From Escherichia phage PNJ-9: a stretch of DNA of 64,000 nt. Position 1 is the stretch's first letter; every line of letters starts with the position of its first letter. The stretch lies in sequence record PQ100635.1; one strand, given 5' to 3'. This document shows positions 46,561 through 55,760 of this stretch, piece by piece. Position numbers and translations under genes: made by a program. A model generated the notes under the pieces. That model was not told the origin of the DNA, did no database searches, and saw only the letters and a program-made list of their open reading frames with translations.

Positions 46561-47028
46561 ATGGGTATTATTAACACTGCAATAGATTCTGTTTACGCAT
46601 ATAAGTTTATTCGACTAATGCAAAAACCTTTTACCGAATGGAAAGCATACGAAGCCAAAATCATCGATGAACGTGGAAGTGTTCTTAAACGTCCTTCTAC
46701 TCCCGAAGAGAAAGCTGCGTATACACCTTTTCATGCTTCAGTTCGTTCAATGAAGCGAATGATGAGCACCGTTCCAGGTCTTAATGGAATGGCCTCAATG
46801 ATGTCTGCCTGGAGTGCTGTAGCTTCACGCTATAACATTACTGAAGAACAACAGAAAGAAATATTTAAAGAACTCCCTTTATTTGAGGATATGGTTGCTG
46901 GTGATTCAGGCGGTAGTCCTCAAGCTATTGCATCAGGAACAACTACAGGTGCAGTCGTAAATAAAGGTCCAGAACAAATTCCTTCCAAGAAAAGAAAGCG
47001 AATTAAAGTAAATATTAATAAGTTGTGA
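46561..47028 (+). CDS. hypothetical protein (155 aa)
   Basis: ATG after GGAGGT RBS. Confidence 0.5.
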   Translation: MGIINTAIDSVYAYKFIRLMQKPFTEWKAYEAKIIDERGSVLKRPSTPEEKAAYTPFHASVRSMKRMMSTVPGLNGMASMMSAWSAVASRYNITEEQQKEIFKELPLFEDMVAGDSGGSPQAIASGTTTGAVVNKGPEQIPSKKRKRIKVNINKL

Positions 47029-47067
47029 TATGATGGCCTTATTAATTTAAGGCCTCTGGAGAATACT

Positions 47068-48090
47068 ATGGCTGAATGGATAGATAATGAATTTGCTTAT
47101 CGTGCGTTTTCTCACCTACCTCGTTTTAGACAAATCAATAATTCAAGCACATTTAAATTAACATTTCGTTGTCCAGTTTGTGGCGACTCCCAGACAGATG
47201 CAATGAAAGCTCGCGGTTGGTATTATGGCGGTACTCCTGGTAATGTACATTGCTATAACTGCCAATACCACAATACAATTTCCGGATACTTAAAAGAGTA
47301 TGATGAAGAGCTTTACCGCGAATATCTAATGGAAGTTCGTAAAGAAAAAGCTAGAATGGAACCAAAGATTGAAAAGGTTCCTGAAGCTAAGCCGGAGCCA
47401 GAGAAAAAGACTATAAATTCTTTGCCGTCTTGTTCTCGTCTGGACAAGCTGCCTGAAGAGCATCCTATTGTGAAATATGTTAAGTCTCGATGCATTCCTA
47501 AAGAATCATGGAACAGATTATGGTTCACATTAGAATGGCCTAAATTGGTCAACAAGATTCAACCTGGTACGTATAAGAAAGAGATTCCCGAACCACGTTT
47601 AGTGATTCCTATTTTTAATAAAGACGGGAAGGCTGAGTCATTCCAAGGACGTGCACTTCGTAAAGATGCTCCTCAGAAATATATCACTATTAAAGCGTTT
47701 GAGTCTGCAACAAAAATTTATGGTGTTGAACGTGTTAAGGAAGGAGACGTCTGGGTAATGGAAGGCCCTATTGATAGTTTATTCATACCCAATGCAATCG
47801 CTATTACAGGCGGCTCAATAGATTTAGATGTGGTACCATTTAAAGAACGTCGGGTATGGGTAATGGATAATGAACCTAGGCATCCGGATACTATAGCTCG
47901 CATGAAGCGATTAGTTGATGCAGGCGAACGTGTCATGTTCTGGGACCGAGCTCCATGGAGATCAAAGGATGTGAATGATATGGTAATGAAAGAAAATGCA
48001 ACACCACAAGAAATTTTAGAATATATGAAACAGAATATTTCAAGTGGGTTGCATGCTAAAATGAGATTATCTCGTTATTCTAAGATTTAA
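47068..48090 (+). CDS. 61: DNA primase gp61
   Basis: 340 aa; N-terminal zinc ribbon CPVCGD...CYNC and TOPRIM-like core; T4 gp61 is 342 aa. Confidence 0.9.
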   Translation: MAEWIDNEFAYRAFSHLPRFRQINNSSTFKLTFRCPVCGDSQTDAMKARGWYYGGTPGNVHCYNCQYHNTISGYLKEYDEELYREYLMEVRKEKARMEPKIEKVPEAKPEPEKKTINSLPSCSRLDKLPEEHPIVKYVKSRCIPKESWNRLWFTLEWPKLVNKIQPGTYKKEIPEPRLVIPIFNKDGKAESFQGRALRKDAPQKYITIKAFESATKIYGVERVKEGDVWVMEGPIDSLFIPNAIAITGGSIDLDVVPFKERRVWVMDNEPRHPDTIARMKRLVDAGERVMFWDRAPWRSKDVNDMVMKENATPQEILEYMKQNISSGLHAKMRLSRYSKI

Positions 48091-48284
48091 ACAAGCCCTA
48101 TAATAGCAAAGGCCAAATCAACTACAGTATCTAATGGAACAGAAGGAACCATAACACCATGGGCAACTAACAATGGCGCAATACCGAAGTTCCATGAAAT
48201 AATGCCACCTACAACTATTGCAGCGATAGCAGTTTTCTTTTTATTGCCTTTAATAGCGTTGATTAACGATGGAAGTTTAAACAT
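48087..48284 (-). CDS. small membrane protein (65 aa) encoded antisense between genes 61 and 56
   Basis: Strong SD (TAACTAAGGAGATATT-ATG on minus strand); two hydrophobic segments; region has no + strand ORF. Confidence 0.5.
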   Translation of the reverse strand: MFKLPSLINAIKGNKKKTAIAAIVVGGIISWNFGIAPLLVAHGVMVPSVPLDTVVDLAFAIIGLV

Positions 48285-48316
48285 AATATCTCCTTAGTTA
48301 CCTTATTATTTATTAC

Positions 48317-48340
48317 GCTTTATAAAATTAATGTTAGAAT
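48317..48340 (+). promoter_or_regulatory. middle promoter candidate (GCTTTA box, 12 bp, TAGAAT) upstream of gene 56
   Basis: Read directly. Confidence 0.45.
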
Positions 48341-48374
48341 TAACTTCTCTTATACTGAATTGAAAGGAAAAATA

Positions 48375-48896
48375 ATGGCACACTTTAACGAATGTTCACA
48401 ACTTATTTCTGGTGTTGATAAAGCAGAAGAAGCTTATTTTAATGCTCTGATTCACGAAGATAAAGACCCTCTGCAGGTAATGCTTGATATGCAGAAATCT
48501 TTACAGGTTCGTCTGGCAAATGACAAGCCTGAACATAACAAACATCCTGATGAATTGGCTACTGCTGGTGATGTTGTTGATTGGCTGCGTAATCAGAAAG
48601 ATTATATTGATGATGAATTCCGTGAACTGCTGACTTCACTTGGTGGTATGAGCAATGGTGAAAAAGCCGCTAGCTCTGTATGGAAGCCGTGGAAGGCACA
48701 ACATGCTGAATATCGAAATCGTCGTATCGATGAACTGTCTCCTGAAGACCAGCTTGAAATTAAATTTGAAATGATTGATATTCTGCATTTCGTTCTAAAT
48801 ATGTTCCAAGGTCTAGGACTTTCTGCTGAAGAAATCTTCAAACTGTATTACCTGAAAAACCAACACAACTTTGAACGCCAGGATAATGGTTACTAA
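48375..48896 (+). CDS. 56: dCTPase/dUTPase gp56 (MazG-like)
   Basis: 173 aa from ATG after GAAAGGAAAAATA RBS; position as T4 gene 56. Confidence 0.8.
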   Translation: MAHFNECSQLISGVDKAEEAYFNALIHEDKDPLQVMLDMQKSLQVRLANDKPEHNKHPDELATAGDVVDWLRNQKDYIDDEFRELLTSLGGMSNGEKAASSVWKPWKAQHAEYRNRRIDELSPEDQLEIKFEMIDILHFVLNMFQGLGLSAEEIFKLYYLKNQHNFERQDNGY

Positions 48897-48941
48897 TTAA
48901 GTTATAAATACACCTGTAATTAAACAACAAAGGAGTTAATT

Positions 48942-49178
48942 ATGGGTGGTTATGTAAACATCAAAACCTTTACGCATCCTGCAGGTGAAGGCAAAGAAGT
49001 TAAAGGTATGGAAGTTTCTGTACCGTTTGAGATTTATTCAAACGAACATCGGATTGCAGATTCTCATTATCAGACTTTCCCGTCTGAAAAAGCTGCTTAT
49101 ACAACGGTAGTAACTGATGCCGCTGATTGGAAAACTAAGAACGCTGCAATGTTTACCCCTACACCAGTAAGTGGTTAA
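48942..49178 (+). CDS. soc: small outer capsid protein Soc
   Basis: 78 aa; GYVNIKTF...HYQTFPSEKAAY matches T4 Soc from memory. Confidence 0.8.
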   Translation: MGGYVNIKTFTHPAGEGKEVKGMEVSVPFEIYSNEHRIADSHYQTFPSEKAAYTTVVTDAADWKTKNAAMFTPTPVSG

Positions 49179-49186
49179 TAATTCAA

Positions 49187-49211
49187 GGAATCCTTCGGGA
49201 TTCCTTTTTTT
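49187..49211 (+). terminator. rho-independent terminator (TTCG tetraloop)
   Basis: GGAATCC-TTCG-GGATTCC followed by TTTTTTT. Confidence 0.7.
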
Positions 49212-49220
49212 GTTTCTACA

Positions 49221-49250
49221 GTTTACAACCACTAAAAACTGTGTTAAGAT
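49221..49250 (+). promoter_or_regulatory. early promoter (GTTTAC, 17 bp, TAAGAT)
   Basis: Read directly. Confidence 0.45.
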
Positions 49251-49278
49251 ATTCTTACTTACTCAAGAGGAGAACAAT

Positions 49279-49506
49279 ATGTTAAATCGTTGGATTAAAC
49301 CTAATAACACATTAGGTGCTTTGATTGCTCAAGAAGTTTCATTGAAATACGGCCTTGGATATTATGATGATGTAGTCGTACACTCGTTCATGATGGATGG
49401 TGAAGACGTCAAATTTAATGCCGAAATCCGTTGGGATGACGGTGGTGTTCGTTTTGTTCGAGGAACAATTAATGCTTACGATGCTGAAGAAGTTGTTTGC
49501 TGTTAA
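49279..49506 (+). CDS. hypothetical protein (75 aa)
   Basis: ATG after AGAGGAGAA RBS. Confidence 0.5.
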   Translation: MLNRWIKPNNTLGALIAQEVSLKYGLGYYDDVVVHSFMMDGEDVKFNAEIRWDDGGVRFVRGTINAYDAEEVVCC

Positions 49507-49720
49507 ACCAGGCGAAGGTATGATGCCTATTCCTGATACACACGAAAAAAGTTGGGAATATATCGGTGATGGAATGATGGAAGAAGTTGTTCGTCCAAAA
49601 ACAAAACAGGTTAATGCTTCAAGCTCTTCCGATTATAATCATTCATACGTATCGTCTTGGCCTGGTGATTCCGGGTCAAGTTATTCTGATTGTGGTTCAA
49701 GCTCAGGGAGCTGTGAATGA
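49472..49720 (+). CDS. Ser-rich hypothetical protein (82 aa); start uncertain
   Basis: ATG 49472 after AGGAA RBS; alternative ATG 49523. Confidence 0.4.
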   Translation: MLTMLKKLFAVKPGEGMMPIPDTHEKSWEYIGDGMMEEVVRPKTKQVNASSSSDYNHSYVSSWPGDSGSSYSDCGSSSGSCE

Positions 49721-49896
49721 ACAAAATAGTAAAATGGTTTAAAAGCTTGAATGATGGAGTCGAACCAGAAGATTGGCTGGATGTTCTTGAAGAGAATATG
49801 GCTAAAGAATTCCAGAAACACGAAGAGAAACTCATCGAAGATGAAGGCGAACGTATTGTAAAACTTTATATGGGTGAACCATCGAGGAAATTATAA
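49717..49896 (+). CDS. small acidic protein (59 aa), below track threshold
   Basis: ATGA-coupled on both ends. Confidence 0.4.
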   Translation: MNKIVKWFKSLNDGVEPEDWLDVLEENMAKEFQKHEEKLIEDEGERIVKLYMGEPSRKL

Positions 49897-50360
49897 TGGA
49901 TGCTATGTTATTTAAAATGTATTTGCTTGAAGCCAAATCGTTTAAACATATACCAGTAGAAGATAAGACTCCACTAGAAATAGCTATTCTCATTAACAAA
50001 AGTCTAAATAATCCGCAATATATCGTAGAAGAATTCTGTAAATTGCAGATTCCTAAAGGTTACAAAATTCGTGTAGAGCGAGTTGGAGCTATTACTCATT
50101 CTAAAAATTCTCCGTTTAGTCTTGAAGAAGGCATAAAGGACTTAGGTTATGAATCTACGGAAAATGCAGTTTATGTGAATCCTGAAAAGCGTTTAGACTT
50201 GTTTGAAAAGCGAGACCATAAGTATTTTGCCAAAAAATACTTTATTACATCATTAGCAGATTTAACCCATTTGCAACGAGCTATTTGGAAATTTTTTAAG
50301 ACAAAAGGTGTAGCGCTAGAAACATTCTCTGAACCTGCTAGTTTTTATCTCGGTGAATAA
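49896..50360 (+). CDS. hypothetical protein (154 aa)
   Basis: TAATG overlap start after GAGGAAA. Confidence 0.5.
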   Translation: MDAMLFKMYLLEAKSFKHIPVEDKTPLEIAILINKSLNNPQYIVEEFCKLQIPKGYKIRVERVGAITHSKNSPFSLEEGIKDLGYESTENAVYVNPEKRLDLFEKRDHKYFAKKYFITSLADLTHLQRAIWKFFKTKGVALETFSEPASFYLGE

Positions 50361-50361
50361 T

Positions 50362-50541
50362 ATGGACTTGATGAGTATGTTTGATGAGCCTGAAGTTGAG
50401 GCTCCTAAAGTGCATCGTAGTGAACTTGTTGATGAACTAGATAGTATTATACAACGACACGGCTTTAGTTTACCTGTTGAAGCCCTGAAAGACCTTGCCT
50501 CTTATTATGACGACCCTCCACCATGGAGTCCTTGGAAATGA
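50362..50541 (+). CDS. hypothetical protein (59 aa)
   Basis: ATG after GGTGAATAAT leader. Confidence 0.45.
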   Translation: MDLMSMFDEPEVEAPKVHRSELVDELDSIIQRHGFSLPVEALKDLASYYDDPPPWSPWK

Positions 50542-50702
50542 AAGAGAAATTTAAAGAGAAATTCTTACTAGAAATCAAGGAAAAAGACTTTGAGACATGG
50601 TATCGAATGGTGAAAGGGTTGACGTTGCTTTTTAAAGCATCCTTATTCATGTTAGAACAACCTGGCCCTGATGGTCCTTTAGTAGGAAAGCTTAAAAAGT
50701 AG
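50538..50702 (+). CDS. small hypothetical protein (54 aa), below track threshold
   Basis: ATGA-coupled start. Confidence 0.35.
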   Translation: MKEKFKEKFLLEIKEKDFETWYRMVKGLTLLFKASLFMLEQPGPDGPLVGKLKK

Positions 50703-50730
50703 TTTACATTCCCTCCTCTCGTGTTATGAT
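50702..50730 (+). promoter_or_regulatory. early promoter (GTTTAC, 16 bp, TATGAT)
   Basis: Read directly. Confidence 0.5.
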
Positions 50731-50831
50731 AGGCTTATCTTTAAATGGAGGTCTATCATGACATGTCAATCTGAACTTCAAGAACGCGAATACCTAACAA
50801 AATCATTCATTTAAAAATGTTGAATTTTTAG

Positions 50832-50860
50832 TGTACAAACTCTTCCGATGATGATACTAT
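50832..50860 (+). promoter_or_regulatory. early promoter (TGTACA, 17 bp, TACTAT)
   Basis: Read directly; tandem with promoter at 50702. Confidence 0.5.
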
Positions 50861-50888
50861 ACCTTTATCAACCACAGGAGAAACCTAA

Positions 50889-51497
50889 ATGTTTATGCCG
50901 TATAACGAGTGTGAAATTGAAGAAATGGTTCGTCGTGCTCAATGCCCAGACTATCAGGATGAACTTCAGTACAAAATCGATGAGCAATTCAGCGACATTG
51001 AACAAAGTGTACTATGGCAATGTATGGAAAACAAGCCAGACAGCATCCAACAAGATTTAAGTGCAATTGTTCGTAGAAATTGGACGTCTTCTGTTCCTGA
51101 GACAATGTATCGTGGAATCTCTAAGAAAACTATGGCCACACTCGATGATAAAGGCGTTGGTAGTATTATTAAATTTGATAGAGTAATGAGCTTTAGTCCG
51201 GTGTTTGGTGTAGCACGTAACTTCGCTTCGTATAATTTTTACGGAACATTTAATATGTTCTGCATCAAAGATGCACCATTTGCTTTCAACTTCCGTGAAC
51301 ATATGCTTAACATGATTCTGGCTGCGCCATCTTGTGAGTTCAATGGAGCTTTCCCTGAAGCGACAAGACGGTCTAATGCTAGACTTATATCTGACGAATG
51401 TGAATTTATGCTCCCTATAGGGACTACACTGCGTGTAGATTCTATTATTCAAGATGGACGTTATACAATCTGGAATCTGACTATTGTCAGTTACTGA
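50889..51497 (+). CDS. ModA/ModB-like ADP-ribosyltransferase (R-S-E type)
   Basis: 202 aa; YRG, SFS and DECEF motifs in R-S-E order; position between soc and srd/dda as T4 modA/modB. Confidence 0.55.
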   Translation: MFMPYNECEIEEMVRRAQCPDYQDELQYKIDEQFSDIEQSVLWQCMENKPDSIQQDLSAIVRRNWTSSVPETMYRGISKKTMATLDDKGVGSIIKFDRVMSFSPVFGVARNFASYNFYGTFNMFCIKDAPFAFNFREHMLNMILAAPSCEFNGAFPEATRRSNARLISDECEFMLPIGTTLRVDSIIQDGRYTIWNLTIVSY

Positions 51498-51571
51498 CTG
51501 AATTGGAATAACCGGATGGAACTCAGAACCATTATAACACATAAAAAATTAAAGCATTTTATGAAAAAGAG

Positions 51572-51600
51572 TGTACACTACCTGAGGGCATGATATTATA
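51572..51600 (+). promoter_or_regulatory. early promoter (TGTACA, TATTAT)
   Basis: Read directly. Confidence 0.4.
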
Positions 51601-51649
51601 GGACATATCAGCTAAATGACCTAACGTCCGTAAGACAGAGGAAAATATT

Positions 51650-52396
51650 ATGTTATCAAATAATAAAATTAACAAAATCAATCGTCGTCTTGACCACACC
51701 AGAGCTTCTGCGAAGAGACGCTCTAAGGATTTTAACTTAGACTTTAATTACCTTAAAAACATTCTTGATCAAAAGGTCTGCGCTTACTCAGGTGAATCTT
51801 TCAATAACTCTGTTGAAGGTGAGAAATTATCCTTAGAACGTTTTAATAACGATATCGGCTACATTAAAGGTAATGTTATCCCAGTTAAGAAAAAATATAA
51901 CACAGCTCGTTCTGATTTAACATTAGAAGAACTTATTGAGAAACGTGATGCCATTGCAAGACGTATCGCTAATCCTTCTGCTCGTAAAGTAGAGAAACTT
52001 AATCTCGACGAGAAGAAATGGGCCCAAATTAAAAAGGTTTATGATACTATTTTAAAAATCCGAGCAAAACGTGAAAATCGTGTTAAGCATATGGCGAACA
52101 TGATGAAAAATCAACCTTTATCTGACGAAGCTAAACTTAGAATTGTTGCTTTGAAAGCACGCATTAATGGCTCGCATCAAGCAGAAGGCCATGAACTTAC
52201 TAAACTCAACGTTCTTCTTAAAGGCTCTGACTGGAAAACTAAAACTAAATTAACTGACGCTGAATCGCTTTTCGATACATATGATAAAGTTATCAAAGGT
52301 CTGCAACGGTTTGAAAAGATTGGTTTCATTGGTAAATTAAAATTGAAACGTGGCTTACCACTTAGCGCATCATTATTCCAACTGATTAAAGGTTAA
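51650..52396 (+). CDS. srd: Srd-like protein (248 aa)
   Basis: Size and position upstream of dda match T4 srd; assignment by synteny. Confidence 0.5.
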   Translation: MLSNNKINKINRRLDHTRASAKRRSKDFNLDFNYLKNILDQKVCAYSGESFNNSVEGEKLSLERFNNDIGYIKGNVIPVKKKYNTARSDLTLEELIEKRDAIARRIANPSARKVEKLNLDEKKWAQIKKVYDTILKIRAKRENRVKHMANMMKNQPLSDEAKLRIVALKARINGSHQAEGHELTKLNVLLKGSDWKTKTKLTDAESLFDTYDKVIKGLQRFEKIGFIGKLKLKRGLPLSASLFQLIKG

Positions 52397-52398
52397 TT

Positions 52399-52710
52399 AT
52401 GGTTTATGTATATGCAATAGTTTATCGAGATATGGAAGGATTTACTGTCCCGGTTCCACTTGATGAGCATCGTCCTGCAGTATTTTTTAGAAAGGATATT
52501 GCAGATAAAGTTTTCGATACTTTGAAAACACAGTATAAAACAGATTTAAAAATGGGAGTTCTAAGAATGGTCGAAACTCCGCGTAAGTTCTGGTTTAATA
52601 AGCTTGAAATGAAACACGTTAAACTAGATGCGGAGACGCAAAAATTGTATCAACGAATCCTGGACACAGGCCGTATTGTTAGTATTCCAATTGCAGGGAC
52701 TTTACGATGA
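52399..52710 (+). CDS. hypothetical protein (103 aa; dda.1 position)
   Basis: ATGA overlap with dda. Confidence 0.5.
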   Translation: MVYVYAIVYRDMEGFTVPVPLDEHRPAVFFRKDIADKVFDTLKTQYKTDLKMGVLRMVETPRKFWFNKLEMKHVKLDAETQKLYQRILDTGRIVSIPIAGTLR

Positions 52711-54020
52711 CATTTGATGATTTGACTGAAGGCCAGAAAAACGCCTTCAACGTTGTTATGAACGCTATTAAAGAAAAGAAACATCACGTAACTATTAATG
52801 GGCCTGCCGGTACAGGTAAAACAACCCTTACTAGATTCATCGTTGAAGCCCTTATTTCTTCTGGAGAATCAGGTATTATTTTAGCAGCCCCTACACATGC
52901 TGCTAAAAAGGTTCTAAGCAAACTTGCCGGTCAAGAAGCATCGACTATTCATAGCATTCTTAAAATCAACCCAACTACATACGAAGAAAACGTATTGTTT
53001 GAACAGAAAAAGGTTCCCGACTTAGCCTTGTGTCGTGTACTGTTATTTGATGAAGCGTCAATGTGCGACCGTTCTCTGTTTAAAATAATGTTAGCTAGTA
53101 TCCCTAAATGGTGTACAGTAATTGGAATCGGCGACCGTTGCCAGATTCGTCCGGTAGACCCAGGCGAATCAACTGCGTATCTAAGTCCTTTCTTCACTCA
53201 CAAAGACTTCGTGCAATGCAACCTTACAGAAGTTAAACGTAGCAATGCACCAATTATTGATGTTGCGACTGATATTCGTAATGGCAAATGGATTTATGAT
53301 AAAGTAGTTGATGGACATGGTGTTCACGGATATACAGACCTTAAATCGTATATGATGAACTATTTTAACGTCGTTAAAACTCCTGAAGACCTTTTCGAAA
53401 ATCGAATGATGGCATTCACAAATAAGTCGGTGGACAAGTTAAATTCAATTATTCGCCGAAAACTTCTTGAAACAGAAAAACCATTTATTAAAGACGAAGT
53501 CATTGTTCTACAAGAGCCGTTTACTAAGACATATAAGCTAGATGGTAAAAATATGACCGAAATGCTTTTCAATAACGGTCAATTCGTTCGTATTCGAGAT
53601 GCTGTAGAAACGTCTACATTCGTTAAAGCACGTGGTGTTTCAGGCGAATATATGATACGATACTGGAATCTTACAGTAGAAACGTATGGGGATGATGAAG
53701 AATACATCCGCGAAGATATAAAGGTTATTTCTTCTGAAGAAGAGCTTTATAAATTCAATTTGTTTTTGGCTAAGACCGCAGAAACATACAAATTTTGGAA
53801 TAAAGGTGGTAAAGCTCCATGGAGCGAATTCTGGGATGCTAAACGTATGTTCACTAAGGTGAAGGCACTACCAGTATCAACCTTCCATAAGGCCCAGGGT
53901 ATGTCTGTTGACACGGCCTTTGTTTATACACCGTGTATCCATTACGCCGATTCAGAATTAGCTAAACAGTTATTGTATGTCGGCACAACTCGTGGTCGGT
54001 TTGACGTCCATTTTATTTGA
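52707..54020 (+). CDS. dda: Dda SF1 DNA helicase
   Basis: 437 aa; Walker A GPAGTGKTT; T4 Dda is 439 aa. Confidence 0.9.
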   Translation: MTFDDLTEGQKNAFNVVMNAIKEKKHHVTINGPAGTGKTTLTRFIVEALISSGESGIILAAPTHAAKKVLSKLAGQEASTIHSILKINPTTYEENVLFEQKKVPDLALCRVLLFDEASMCDRSLFKIMLASIPKWCTVIGIGDRCQIRPVDPGESTAYLSPFFTHKDFVQCNLTEVKRSNAPIIDVATDIRNGKWIYDKVVDGHGVHGYTDLKSYMMNYFNVVKTPEDLFENRMMAFTNKSVDKLNSIIRRKLLETEKPFIKDEVIVLQEPFTKTYKLDGKNMTEMLFNNGQFVRIRDAVETSTFVKARGVSGEYMIRYWNLTVETYGDDEEYIREDIKVISSEEELYKFNLFLAKTAETYKFWNKGGKAPWSEFWDAKRMFTKVKALPVSTFHKAQGMSVDTAFVYTPCIHYADSELAKQLLYVGTTRGRFDVHFI

Positions 54021-54029
54021 GAGAAAATT

Positions 54030-54707
54030 ATGAGCACTGATGTTATTATAGATTTTGAAACATTCGGCAATACATCAAAAGCGGCTGTTATTGACCTTGC
54101 GGTTATTGCATATAATTCCGACCCTGAAGTTGTTGAATCATTTGAAGAACTTGTTCAACGAGGTAAGCGAATTAAATTTAATTTGGCTTCTCAGAAAGGG
54201 AAGCGAGTTTTCGCTAAATCCACTATGAAATGGTGGAAAGAACAATCGGCTGAAGCACGTAAAAACTTGGCTCCATCTGAAGACGATGTCACTACGCTTG
54301 AAGGCATTAAAATCTTTTTAGACTATTGCCGAGCTAATAAAGTTGACCAATGGAAATCACAGATGTGGTGCCGTGGTATGAGCTTTGACTTCCCGATCTT
54401 GGTCGATTTGATTCGTGACCTCTATCGTGATGAAGGTGTTCTTGAACCAGATATTGATACTGATAAATTAGAACCGGTTAAATTCTGGGCTCAACGCGAT
54501 ATTCGTACTGCAATCGAAGCTTACTCGTTGACACGAGGATTAAGTATGTGTCCATTACCGATGGGTACGCTAAAAGGATTCGTTGCCCATGATAGTATTC
54601 ATGATTGTGCTAAAGATATTTTGATGTTAAAATATGCTCAGCGTTATGCGCTTGGCCTTGAAGATGTCCCTGAGAATCCTGATCCGTTAAGTGTAAAACA
54701 GCGATAA
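54030..54707 (+). CDS. dexA: exonuclease A (DnaQ-like 3'-5' exonuclease)
   Basis: 225 aa; N-terminal VIIDFETFG exo motif; position after dda as in T4. Confidence 0.8.
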   Translation: MSTDVIIDFETFGNTSKAAVIDLAVIAYNSDPEVVESFEELVQRGKRIKFNLASQKGKRVFAKSTMKWWKEQSAEARKNLAPSEDDVTTLEGIKIFLDYCRANKVDQWKSQMWCRGMSFDFPILVDLIRDLYRDEGVLEPDIDTDKLEPVKFWAQRDIRTAIEAYSLTRGLSMCPLPMGTLKGFVAHDSIHDCAKDILMLKYAQRYALGLEDVPENPDPLSVKQR

Positions 54708-54712
54708 AACCA

Positions 54713-54742
54713 GTTTACAACCAAGGATGGTTGGAGTATAAT
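54713..54742 (+). promoter_or_regulatory. early promoter (GTTTAC, 17 bp, TATAAT)
   Basis: Third copy of the CAACCAAGGATGGTTGGAGTATAAT module. Confidence 0.55.
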
Positions 54743-54772
54743 GAATTCAACTTAAACAAAGAGAGAAAAAAT

Positions 54773-55270
54773 ATGATTACTATTGGTGAAATCCTTCGTG
54801 TATCTCCTGCTTCTCGTTCTAAAGCTGCAGGTCGTCTGGTTGAAGTCGCAGGGCTTCGTACTAACGGCATGGGACGTGTTAAAGAAGTTAAAGTTCGAAT
54901 CATGCCCAGTTTTGGCGGACAAGAGGCCCAGTATGCTTACGTAAGTCCTAAATTCCTGGAAAAACATATACGAGTCCAATTTGCTTCAAGCGAAGAAGTT
55001 GCACCTGCACACTTTGCTTCAAGCGATATCGTTGAGCCTAATGTACAGTTCAAATGGGCCTTGTGTAAAGGCGTTGAATTTGTAACCGATAAAGAATTTG
55101 ATTACATCGACGAATACGGTTATCCAAGCAAAACTGATACTATGTGTGGCTTCATTAGTGACCAATGGGTTGAAGATGGTGAAAAGTTATACAATATCGT
55201 ATTCTTAGGTGACTTCCGAGTTGTTAAAGAATCTGAAATCACTCGCTATGTGTCTCCTCGTAAAGCTTAA
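54773..55270 (+). CDS. hypothetical protein (165 aa), tandem paralog A
   Basis: ATG after GAGAGAAAAAAT; ASRSKAAGRLVEV and GFISDQWVEDGEKLYNIVF shared with 55280 ORF. Confidence 0.5.
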   Translation: MITIGEILRVSPASRSKAAGRLVEVAGLRTNGMGRVKEVKVRIMPSFGGQEAQYAYVSPKFLEKHIRVQFASSEEVAPAHFASSDIVEPNVQFKWALCKGVEFVTDKEFDYIDEYGYPSKTDTMCGFISDQWVEDGEKLYNIVFLGDFRVVKESEITRYVSPRKA

Positions 55271-55279
55271 GGAATTATT

Positions 55280-55699
55280 ATGAATATTGTAAATCTCTCT
55301 ACAGGTGATTACGTATATGTATCTGTTGCTTCTCGCTCTAAAGTTGCAGGAAAGCTGGTTGAAGTTCTTTCTGTGAGTGATCCGGTTTTTGGACGTAACG
55401 AAGTTAAAGTTCGTGATGCTGATGGTAACATTGGTTATGTTAAAAGCCAATTCATTGAGCCAGAAGAACGTGTGTTCAAATGGAAACTGTGCAGGTCTGT
55501 TTTAGTTGTAAAAGACCGTGAATTCACTATTGCTGCGGCAACCGATGGAACGCCGTGGAAAACTAAGCAAATCGCCGGATTTATTAGCGACCGTTGGGTA
55601 GAAGATGGTGTTAAGCTTTATAACATCGTTTTCGCCGGACAGTTCATGGTAGTTCCTGAGTTCCAAATCAAAAAATATTGTCCAGCATCTTTTGCATAA
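55280..55699 (+). CDS. hypothetical protein (139 aa), tandem paralog B
   Basis: ASRSKVAGKLVEV and GFISDRWVEDGVKLYNIVF shared with 54773 ORF. Confidence 0.5.
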   Translation: MNIVNLSTGDYVYVSVASRSKVAGKLVEVLSVSDPVFGRNEVKVRDADGNIGYVKSQFIEPEERVFKWKLCRSVLVVKDREFTIAAATDGTPWKTKQIAGFISDRWVEDGVKLYNIVFAGQFMVVPEFQIKKYCPASFA

Positions 55700-55703
55700 A
55701 GTA

Positions 55704-55732
55704 GTTTACTTCTCCTCTAGATGTGTTACTAT
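55704..55732 (+). promoter_or_regulatory. early promoter (GTTTAC, 16 bp, TACTAT) with CTCCTCT/AGAGGAG dyad
   Basis: Near-identical to the module at 774. Confidence 0.55.
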
Positions 55733-55760
55733 AGACCTATCAAAACAAGAGGAGAATATT

